Shown here piece by piece: positions 35,919 to 44,241 of a stretch of DNA of 64,000 nt. Below the pieces are notes generated by a model. The model was not told the origin of the DNA and ran no database searches. It worked only from the letters and a program-made list of their open reading frames with translations. The stretch comes from Verrucomicrobiota bacterium (GTDB taxonomy: Bacteria; Verrucomicrobiota; Verrucomicrobiia; Limisphaerales; UBA9464), in contig CANGKZ010000019.1 of NCBI GenBank assembly GCA_947454705.1, positions 13,992 to 77,991 of the forward strand, in the 5' to 3' direction. Every line of letters starts with the position of its first letter. The first letter of the stretch is position 1. The position numbers were made by a program, and so were the translations under genes.

Positions 35919-37325
35919 ATGCCATCGACGAATCTTCGTGCCGGATCCCGAACCTTGGGGTCCCTCCTCATTGCCCTCGCTGCTTCGGCTGGTCTCGTTT
36001 CGAGCGTCCAGGCGCAATCGAATCCCGTTTGGAAAGGCCGGACCTTTGTGAGGGTGCTGGCCAAGGGCGATCCCATTCCCGGAGCCGCGGGTACCAAATT
36101 TGGGGTCATCGAGCGCTTCACTCTCCGCGACGGCAAGATCCACATCGTGGCTGGCGAGACCGCTGCGAAGAAGGGCTTGTTCCGTTGGCAGAACGGAACG
36201 CTCAGCAAGCTGGTGTACACCGACACGGTCGCCCCGACTGGGAGCACCTTCGACACGGTGTATTTCACCACCGATGAAACCGAAGGGGCGCTCAACTTTG
36301 CCGCTGAAGTTTCCTTTGGTCGCCCTGGCGCCATCTATGGATTCTTCGAATGGCGAAACGGCGTGATCACGACGATCTTCGACGGCGTTCGCGCGGTGAA
36401 TGGCAAGGTGTTGAACGGACTCGGTTACCCGGTTCGTGTCGGACACGAAGTGGTCGGAGGTTCCCAATTCGTTGAGGGTGGAATCCCCAAAAATGGAATT
36501 TTCCGCTGGGACGGCTCTACGCTGAAGACCGTGATTCAAACGGGCGACGATCTGCCCGGCTCCCTCGGCGGCTTCACGGGAACGCCCGGCAGCTACCAGA
36601 TCGCCTTCGACGGACAGGACGTGGCCTTTGTCGCCACCGCGGACATTCAGGGGCGCGGACTCTTCGGCATGTATCGCACCGTGCAGGGTGGCGCGTTGAT
36701 CAAGATCGTGGACGGCAACGACAAGCATCCCCTCCAGAACGGTTCGAAGACCTATTTCCAGCGCAATGCCAAGTTCGTGAACATCGACATCGACGGCACG
36801 AACACCTTTGTGGGCATGAGCGAAATGGCCGCCGCGGTCGGAGGCGGGTTGAACAGTTACTATGGGCTTGGGGTTCGTTTCTCCGACGGAACTCTCGATC
36901 CCAGCAAGGCCATCTTTGGCGACAACGGGACTGTTGAACAATTGATCCAGGCCACCGACACCAATCCGGGAAAATTTGACGGCCAGTTTGCGAGCGCACT
37001 CATCCAGGTGGACGGCCAGGGCGACGACGTGGCTTTGCTGCTGAAGCTGGCGGACGGCACGGATGCGATCTATGCCGCGGTTGGTGGTGGCACGGTGGTT
37101 CCGCCGACGGAAGTGAAACTCGGCGCGGTGACTTCTGTGGGCGGAGGTCCCCTGAGTTTCTCTCTGCCCACGCAGACAGGTGTGACCTACATCCTCGAAT
37201 CCAAGGCCTCGTTGAACGACGCCACCTGGACCGTGGTGCAAACCATCACCGGCGACGGATCGGAAAAGAAACTCCAGGCCGCCCTGGCCGGGATCACCGG
37301 ATTCTTCCGCGTGCGCATTCCTTGA
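35919..37325 (+). CDS. Secreted repeat protein, tandem paralogue B
   Basis: 468 aa from the ATG at 35919. Collinear with paralogue A. Differences are clustered in two patches. Confidence 0.8.
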   Translation: MPSTNLRAGSRTLGSLLIALAASAGLVSSVQAQSNPVWKGRTFVRVLAKGDPIPGAAGTKFGVIERFTLRDGKIHIVAGETAAKKGLFRWQNGTLSKLVYTDTVAPTGSTFDTVYFTTDETEGALNFAAEVSFGRPGAIYGFFEWRNGVITTIFDGVRAVNGKVLNGLGYPVRVGHEVVGGSQFVEGGIPKNGIFRWDGSTLKTVIQTGDDLPGSLGGFTGTPGSYQIAFDGQDVAFVATADIQGRGLFGMYRTVQGGALIKIVDGNDKHPLQNGSKTYFQRNAKFVNIDIDGTNTFVGMSEMAAAVGGGLNSYYGLGVRFSDGTLDPSKAIFGDNGTVEQLIQATDTNPGKFDGQFASALIQVDGQGDDVALLLKLADGTDAIYAAVGGGTVVPPTEVKLGAVTSVGGGPLSFSLPTQTGVTYILESKASLNDATWTVVQTITGDGSEKKLQAALAGITGFFRVRIP

Positions 37326-37548
37326 TGGCAAGGCTCTGGAAAAGACGACGCTTAAACCGCAGCCGGGGGACGCGGGGAACCTCACCCTGAATTTCTAATT
37401 TAGAATTCAGCATTTTTAATTCCTCCCCTTCGGAGCCATCGACAACCGGATCGGGAATCGCGAGGGTTGGGCAGACCTCTGCCCGCCCCCGCTGCCGAGT
37501 TTCGATGCTGTGTTCGATTCGGGGAGGTGCGGACGGCGGTCGCCCGTC

Positions 37549-40500
37549 ATGCCCGCCTCCGCTGCGACCTTCGCGCGACCCGTGTTCCAAATTCGGGCGC
37601 TGATGCTCGTGCTATCCGCCGGCGTTGGCGTGATCGCGGCATTCACCCCGGTAATTGCCCGCACCGATGCGCTCCCGGCCGACCACGCCCAGCGCATGAC
37701 CGCGGGGCTGGAACTGTTTCAAAAGGAAATCCGTGGAGTCCTGACCGAGCACTGCCTCAAGTGCCACGGCGGGGAAAAGGTTCGCGGCGGATTGAACCTC
37801 GCCACACGGGAGGGATTGCTCCAGGGCGGAGAGGAGGGGCCGGTGGTGGTTCCGTTCCAGGCCAAGGCGAGTCGCCTGATGGAATCGATCTCCCACACGC
37901 GTGAGCCCTTCATGCCTTCCAAGGCCGATGCGCTTCCCGCCGCCACGGTTGCGCGGATTGCGCAGTGGATTGATCTCGGAGCGCCGTACGACCGGCCCCT
38001 GATCGAGGGGAAACCCACGGCATCCACCCCGGCGCGGGATCGCAGTCGAATCACCGATGCGGATCGCGCGGGATGGGCGTATCGGCCGCTGCAATCGGTC
38101 ACGCCGCCTGCGGTCCGCGATGCCTCGCAGGTGCGAACTCCGTTGGATCGGTTCGTCCTCGCCCGGCTCGAAGCTGCAGGGCTCGGGTTCACGCCGTCGG
38201 CGGATCAGAGAACGCTGCTTCGTCGTGCGTCCTTCGACCTGACGGGTCTTCCTCCAACCCCGCAGGATCTGGAGCAGTTTCTCGCGGATTCGGCACCCGA
38301 TGCCTGGGCTCGCGCCGTGGACCGTTTGCTCGAGAGCCCGCGTCATGGCGAACGCTGGGCGCGGCACTGGCTGGATGTGGCGCGATTCGCCGAAAGCTCC
38401 GGATTTGAACACGATTACGACCGCTCCGGGGCGTACCATTTCCGGGACTTCGTCATCCGGGCCCTGAATGCCGACATGCCCTACGACCAGTTCGTTCGTT
38501 GGCAGCTGGCGGGAGATGAATACGAACCCGGCAATCCCGAGGCCCTGATGGCCACCGGGTTTTTGGGAGCGGGCGTGTTCCCCACGCAGATTACGGCGAA
38601 CGAGGTGGAGCGGGTTCGCTACGATGCGCTGGACGACATGCTGGCGACCACGGGCACCGCCATGCTGGGACTTACGGTCGGATGCGCCCGGTGCCACGAC
38701 CACAAGTTCGATCCGATCCCCAGCCAGGATTACTACCGCATGCTGGCCACCTTCACCACCACGGTTCGCAGCGTGGTGGAGCTGGATCTGAATCCCGAGG
38801 AGAACCGCCGATTGCTGGAATCGCATTCCCGCGAATTGCAGTCGCGCACACGCGCACTGAACGTGATCGAGGCCGGCAGCCTCGCCACCGCGTTTGAATC
38901 GTGGCTCCAACACGGGGCTCCTCTGACCAACCGTCCGGCGTGGCAACCCCTGCAGGCCTCCAGGGTCACCTCGAAGTCCGGCGCCGTGCTGGAAGCGCAG
39001 GCCGACGGTTCGTATTTTGCGATGGGTACCAATCCTGATACCGACACGTTCACCTGGTCCGGTGCCGTGGGATCCCGTCCGGTGACGGCGGTGCGGATCG
39101 AAGCCCTGGCCGACCCGCGATTGCCCCATGGCGGACCGGGACGCGCCGACAATGGGAACTTCGGGTTGAGCCGCATCCGGGTGTTTGCATCGAGCCCGGG
39201 CGGAGGTGCGTCGCAGGAGTTGCACCTGGTGCGACCGAGGGCGGATTTTGAGCAGAATTCCTCCAGCCTTTCCATTGCTGCATCGCTCGACAACGACCCG
39301 CACACTGGCTGGGCGGTGGATCCCAAATTTGGAACGCATCACACCGCGGTGTTCGAGGTGGATCCGCCGTGGGTGCCGTCCACGAATGGCGCATCGCGGC
39401 TCGACGTGCGGTTGGAGTTTGAGGTGAACACGCGGCACTCGATCGGGCGTCCTCGTGTGTCGGTGAGCGATGTGCCGTCGCCCCCGCTCCAGGGTGAATC
39501 ACTCTCACCGACCTTTCTCGCTGCGCATGCGCGGTTCCTCGCGATGGGATCCGATCCCCGCCGGTTGAACGCATCGGATCGCGCCGAACTGTTCGCCACC
39601 TGGCGCACGACGCAACCCGAGTGGCAGGCGGCCAATGCCGCCGTGGAGGCGTGGAAGCAGAAGGCTCCCAAGCCCAGGCTCACCCCGGTTCTGGCCTGCG
39701 CCGAGGGGTACCCGGCGTTGCGCATGCACACGCAGGGGGCGGACTTCTTCCCCGAGACCTATTTTCTCAAGCGCGGAAATGCGGAGCTGAAAAACGGCGT
39801 GGCCACGCCGGGGTTCCTGCAAGTGCTGATGCCGGCGACCGCGGAGGTCTCGAAGTGGTCCTGGCAGCCTCCCGCCGGAGCCAAGTTCTCGGGGCGTCGT
39901 CGCACGCTCGCGCAGTGGATGACGGATGCGAACGGCGGCGCGGGACATCTGCTCGCGCGGGTGATCGTGAACCGGCTTTGGCAGCATCATTTCGGCACCG
40001 GTTTGGTGGCCACGCCGAACGACTTCGGCGTGCAGGGCGCCCGGCCGAGTCATCCGGAGTTGCTCGATTGGCTTGCCTCGGAATTGATCCGTGGAGGTTG
40101 GCGGTTGAAGCCCATTCATCGGTTGATGATGAACAGCGCGACCTATTGCCAGTCGCTGGATGCTGGGCCGGAACGAATTCAAAAAGATCCGGCCAATGCG
40201 CTGCTCTCGCGCCGGGTGCGGCAGCGGCTGGAGGCGGAGGCGATCCGCGACTCGCTGCTTTCGGTATCCGGAGTGTTGGATCCCGCGATGTTCGGTCCCG
40301 GCACGCTCGATGAATCCTCCCGACGCCGGAGCATTTATTTCACGGTGAAACGCAGTCAGCTGATTCCGGCGATGCAGGCCTTCGATGCCCCGGAGCCGCT
40401 GGTCAGCCAGGGCACGCGGCCCACCACCACGGTGGCTCCGCAGGCGTTGATGTTGATGAACAATCCGCAGGTTCGATCCTGGGCCGCCGCCTTTGCCGGC

Positions 40501-40728
40501 CGGATCGATCCCGGGGCCTCGCCCGCCCTGGAGCCCGCGGTGCGCGCGGCGTATTTGTTGGCGTTGAACCGGGAGCCGTCGGCAGATGAGCTTCGCGATG
40601 GAGTCTCTTTTTTGGTCGAAGCCGAGCGGCGGTACCGCGCGGGCAACCGGTCCGATGCGCGCCAGCGGGCCCTGATCGATTACGCGCAGGTGGTGCTCAG
40701 CCTCAATGAATTCATTTATGTGGACTGA
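37549..40728 (+). CDS. PSCyt1/DUF1549/DUF1553 (planctomycete cytochrome-c domain) protein
   Basis: CLKCHGGEKVRGGLNL heme-binding-type motif, GERWARHWLDVARFAES (DUF1549), CARCHDHKFDPI (DUF1553). Signal peptide from the ATG at 37549. Confidence 0.88.
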   Translation: MPASAATFARPVFQIRALMLVLSAGVGVIAAFTPVIARTDALPADHAQRMTAGLELFQKEIRGVLTEHCLKCHGGEKVRGGLNLATREGLLQGGEEGPVVVPFQAKASRLMESISHTREPFMPSKADALPAATVARIAQWIDLGAPYDRPLIEGKPTASTPARDRSRITDADRAGWAYRPLQSVTPPAVRDASQVRTPLDRFVLARLEAAGLGFTPSADQRTLLRRASFDLTGLPPTPQDLEQFLADSAPDAWARAVDRLLESPRHGERWARHWLDVARFAESSGFEHDYDRSGAYHFRDFVIRALNADMPYDQFVRWQLAGDEYEPGNPEALMATGFLGAGVFPTQITANEVERVRYDALDDMLATTGTAMLGLTVGCARCHDHKFDPIPSQDYYRMLATFTTTVRSVVELDLNPEENRRLLESHSRELQSRTRALNVIEAGSLATAFESWLQHGAPLTNRPAWQPLQASRVTSKSGAVLEAQADGSYFAMGTNPDTDTFTWSGAVGSRPVTAVRIEALADPRLPHGGPGRADNGNFGLSRIRVFASSPGGGASQELHLVRPRADFEQNSSSLSIAASLDNDPHTGWAVDPKFGTHHTAVFEVDPPWVPSTNGASRLDVRLEFEVNTRHSIGRPRVSVSDVPSPPLQGESLSPTFLAAHARFLAMGSDPRRLNASDRAELFATWRTTQPEWQAANAAVEAWKQKAPKPRLTPVLACAEGYPALRMHTQGADFFPETYFLKRGNAELKNGVATPGFLQVLMPATAEVSKWSWQPPAGAKFSGRRRTLAQWMTDANGGAGHLLARVIVNRLWQHHFGTGLVATPNDFGVQGARPSHPELLDWLASELIRGGWRLKPIHRLMMNSATYCQSLDAGPERIQKDPANALLSRRVRQRLEAEAIRDSLLSVSGVLDPAMFGPGTLDESSRRRSIYFTVKRSQLIPAMQAFDAPEPLVSQGTRPTTTVAPQALMLMNNPQVRSWAAAFAGRIDPGASPALEPAVRAAYLLALNREPSADELRDGVSFLVEAERRYRAGNRSDARQRALIDYAQVVLSLNEFIYVD

Positions 40729-42190
40729 TTCCTCCCCGATTCCGCGTCGCGAGATGTTGCGTCGTGCCGGCTGCGGTGCCGGTCTGCTCGGGCTCGCCGC
40801 GCTGATGCAGGAGTCCGGCCTGCTGGTTCCCGCCGCGTCCGCACTCGGCTCGCCGGCGGATCCGCTCACACCGCGGCCGTCGCATTTTCCCGCGCGGGCG
40901 AAGTCGGTGATCTGGCTGTTCATGAACGGCGGTCCCAGCCAGGTCGATACCTGGGACTACAAGCCCGAGCTCATCCGGAGCCACGGCAAGGAGCTCGCCG
41001 GGTTCGACAAGAAGACGGGTTTCTTCGCCGACTCGGTGGGGCCGCTGATGAAGTCGCCCTTCGATTGGGCGCGACATGGCCAAAGCGGAACCTGGGTGAG
41101 CGACCTGTTTCCAAATTTGGCACGTCATGCGGACAAAATGGCGTTCCTGCATTCCTGCCACACGGAATCCAACAACCACAGTCCGGCGTTGTTCATGATC
41201 AACACCGGATCCACCCGCATGGGGTCGCCGTGCGTGGGATCGTGGATGACCTACGGGCTCGGGAGCGCGAGCCGGAATCTGCCCGCGTTTGTGGTGATGA
41301 GCGATCCGCTCGACCGCGGATTGCCCAAGGGCCAGGCGAGCAACTGGGGCGCGGGGTTTTTGCCGAGCGTTTATCAGGGCACGTGGCTGCGTCCGAAGGG
41401 GGAACCGATCGACAACCTGCGTCCGCCCGCCGGCATGGACGATGCCGCGCAGCGGGCGCAGTTGGATTTGCTCGCCCGGTTGAATCGCGGCGCTGGACCA
41501 GCCGCGCATGCCCCGTCGGCTCCCGCAACCGATGGCGAGCTCGCCGCACGGATCGAGAGCTTTGAGCTCGCGTATCGAATGCAGGCTGCCGCGCCCGATG
41601 CGTTCGCGATTGAACGCGAACCGGAATCGATCCAGGCGCTCTACGGACTCGATCAACCGCATTGCCGCCACTTCGCCGCGCAATGCCTGACGGCGCGTCG
41701 CATGGTCGAACGCGGGGTTCGCTTTGTTCAGATCTATTCGGGCGGCATGGAGAATCAGCGCAGCTGGGACGGGCACGAGGACATCGTAGGTAACCATCGC
41801 GGTTTTGCGCGCGAGACCGATCAGCCGATTGCGGGATTGCTCGCGGATCTGGAACAGCGCGGATTGCTCGATGAAACACTGGTGGTGTGGGGCGGGGAAT
41901 TCGGTCGCCTTCCGGTGTCGCAAAAAGGCGGGAAACCCGGCCGCGATCACAATCCACACGCCTTCACTTACTGGCTGGCCGGCGGCGGCGTGAAGGGCGG
42001 CACGCATCACGGGGCCACCGATGAACTGGGTCACAAGGCCGCGGTGGATCGGGTGAGCGTGAACGATCTTCACGCCACGCTGCTGCATCTGCTCGGGCTG
42101 GACCACGAGCGTCTGACCTTCTTCCACAACGGCCGGAATTATCGTCTCACCGATGTGGCGGGCGATGTGGTCAAGGCGGTGATTGCATGA
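40718..42190 (+). CDS. DUF1501 (sulfatase-like) protein with Tat signal
   Basis: RREMLRRAGCGAGLLGLAAL twin-Arg signal. FMNGGPSQVDTWDYKPEL and GRDHNPHAFT blocks. Overlaps the stop of the upstream gene (alternative ATG at 40706). Confidence 0.88.
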   Translation: MWTDSSPIPRREMLRRAGCGAGLLGLAALMQESGLLVPAASALGSPADPLTPRPSHFPARAKSVIWLFMNGGPSQVDTWDYKPELIRSHGKELAGFDKKTGFFADSVGPLMKSPFDWARHGQSGTWVSDLFPNLARHADKMAFLHSCHTESNNHSPALFMINTGSTRMGSPCVGSWMTYGLGSASRNLPAFVVMSDPLDRGLPKGQASNWGAGFLPSVYQGTWLRPKGEPIDNLRPPAGMDDAAQRAQLDLLARLNRGAGPAAHAPSAPATDGELAARIESFELAYRMQAAAPDAFAIEREPESIQALYGLDQPHCRHFAAQCLTARRMVERGVRFVQIYSGGMENQRSWDGHEDIVGNHRGFARETDQPIAGLLADLEQRGLLDETLVVWGGEFGRLPVSQKGGKPGRDHNPHAFTYWLAGGGVKGGTHHGATDELGHKAAVDRVSVNDLHATLLHLLGLDHERLTFFHNGRNYRLTDVAGDVVKAVIA

Positions 42191-42288
42191 GCTCCGGTGG
42201 GCGGTCCGGGATTCGATTTGCTGCGCGGGCGGACGCGCCTGCGTGCTATTGCGGAGTCGCCGTTAGCTCCTTCGGCGATTGAGAACGA

Positions 42289-42440
42289 AAATAGCCCTGG
42301 CCTTCAGGCCTGGGAGTGAACGATGAGCGCGGCTTCGAGTCCCGGAGGGATGGCAGAGGAGCAGCTTCTGCCGTCCCTCCGGGACTCGCTCCTTTAGTCG
42401 GACTTAACCCCGGACTCAAGTCCGGGGCTAGTGTCTAAGC
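42289..42440. repeat. Palindromic REP-type element, related to 12917-13058
   Basis: aaatagccctggccttcaggcctggg, then gagtcccggagggatggcagagg...ctgccgtccctccgggactc, then cggacttaaccccggactcaagtccgggg hairpin. Confidence 0.75.
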
Positions 42441-42452
42441 TTTCCCTACGCC

Positions 42453-44015
42453 TCACTTCGCCGGGGCGAGATCCTTGCGCGGGAACAACGGAGCGGGGGC
42501 GCCGATCTGGTGTCCGGGCTTCAATCCACCCCAGGTCGATTGCGACCAATCGCCGGGACTTCCCGCGACCTGGAGCTGGGCGAAGATTTTCTCCGCCGTT
42601 CCCGGGATCACCGGCCAGATGAGCACGGCGAGCACGCGACAGGATTCCGCCAGCGTGTACAGGACCTCGTCCAATCGCTCGGCCTGCGCCGGATCCTTGG
42701 CCATCTTGAACGGCTGCGTCTGCTCGACGAACAGGTTGGCGCGGTTCACCAGGCTCCAGATGGAAACAAGGGCTTCCTGGAGTTCCGAAGCAAGGTAGTG
42801 CGTGCGCGTCGCCTCGACCGCGGCGGCGGCATCGGCGGCGAGGTCCTGCGACACCGCCGGAACCACTCCGCCGCGGTAACGGGTGAGCATGTTGAGCGCG
42901 CGGTTGACCAGGTTTCCCAGACCGTTGGCCAGTTCGGCATTGTAGCGGGAGCGGAAGCCGTCGTCGGTCCAGTTGCCATCCGGTCCGACGGCCAGCTCGC
43001 GTACGACGTAATATCGAAAGGCATCGAGGCCCCATTCCTGAATCACGGCGATGGGGTCCACCACATTGCCGGTGCTCTTGCTGAGCTTGGCGCCGTCCTT
43101 CTGCCACCAGCCGTGGGCCAGCAATTGATGCGGCAGCGCGGCACCCGCGGCCTTGAGCATGATGGGCCAGTACACGGCGTGGAATTTGAGGATGTCCTTG
43201 CCGATGACGTGGATGTCGGCCGGCCAGAGTTCGGGGCCTGATCCGGCGGTTCCGTGGGCGTTTCCGGCGGCCGCGGCGGGATCGCCGAGCGATGCGGGAA
43301 TCGAGTAGTAGTTCACCAGCGCGTCGAACCACACATAGGTCACGAACCCGGGATCGAAGGGCAGGGGAATGCCCCAGTTCAGGCGGGCCACGGGACGCGA
43401 GATGCAGAGATCCTCGAGGGTTTGCGACCGGAGGAATCCGAGCACTTCATTGCGTCGGTAGTCGGGTTGGATGAACCCGGGATTGGCCTCGATGTGGTCG
43501 ATCAACCATTGCTGGTGCACCCCGAGCTTGAAGTACCAGTTCTCCTCCACGAGTTCGACCACCTGGCCCCACTTGGGATCCCAGGTGCCGTCCGGATTGC
43601 GGTCCTTCTCAGTGAGGAAGGTTTCCTCCTTCACGGAATAAAACCCGGTGTAGGCGGCCTTGTAGAAGTGCCCGGTGTCGTGAAGGCGCTGAAGCAGGTT
43701 CTGCACGACCTCGCGGTGACGCGGCTGGGTGGTGCGGACGAAATCGTCGTTGGTGAGTCCTAGCGCGGTGGTGAGTCCCTGCCACTGGATGGCGAGTTCG
43801 TCGCAATAGGCCTGCGGGGTCTTCCCCTGCTCCTGAGCGGCCTGCTGGACCTTTTGCCCATGTTCATCGAGGCCGGTGAGGAAGAACACCGACTGCCCCA
43901 TGCTCCGCCGGGCGCGGGCGATCACATCGGCCAGCACCTTTTCGTAGGCGTGTCCGAGATGCGGCGCGCCGTTGACGTAGTCGATGGCGGTCGTGAGGTA
44001 GAACCGTTTGCTCAT
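42453..44015 (-). CDS. metG: Methionine--tRNA ligase (short form)
   Basis: YLTTAIDYVNGAPHLGHAYE (HIGH region) and KLSKSTGNVVDP (KMSKS). Start set at the ATG at 44015 (MSKRFY...). Confidence 0.92.
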   Translation of the reverse strand: MSKRFYLTTAIDYVNGAPHLGHAYEKVLADVIARARRSMGQSVFFLTGLDEHGQKVQQAAQEQGKTPQAYCDELAIQWQGLTTALGLTNDDFVRTTQPRHREVVQNLLQRLHDTGHFYKAAYTGFYSVKEETFLTEKDRNPDGTWDPKWGQVVELVEENWYFKLGVHQQWLIDHIEANPGFIQPDYRRNEVLGFLRSQTLEDLCISRPVARLNWGIPLPFDPGFVTYVWFDALVNYYSIPASLGDPAAAAGNAHGTAGSGPELWPADIHVIGKDILKFHAVYWPIMLKAAGAALPHQLLAHGWWQKDGAKLSKSTGNVVDPIAVIQEWGLDAFRYYVVRELAVGPDGNWTDDGFRSRYNAELANGLGNLVNRALNMLTRYRGGVVPAVSQDLAADAAAAVEATRTHYLASELQEALVSIWSLVNRANLFVEQTQPFKMAKDPAQAERLDEVLYTLAESCRVLAVLIWPVIPGTAEKIFAQLQVAGSPGDWSQSTWGGLKPGHQIGAPAPLFPRKDLAPAK

Positions 44016-44241
44016 GGACCGCCGATCCTGCCCGGAAGTATCGGCAAAGTCCAATCACGGGCGCAGCCGGTGCCTCCCGCCCGCTGCCAGGGGACGGGTG
44101 GGGGGAATTCCGGACGGGTTTCGCGGGGTTGACGCAACCCGCCGCCGTGGCGGAGGTTTGGGGCGTCCGTCCGAACCCGGGGCGCTATCCAAACTTGGTG
44201 CACCCATCTCTCCGGGAAACTGGCGGTGCCCCATCGACTCC

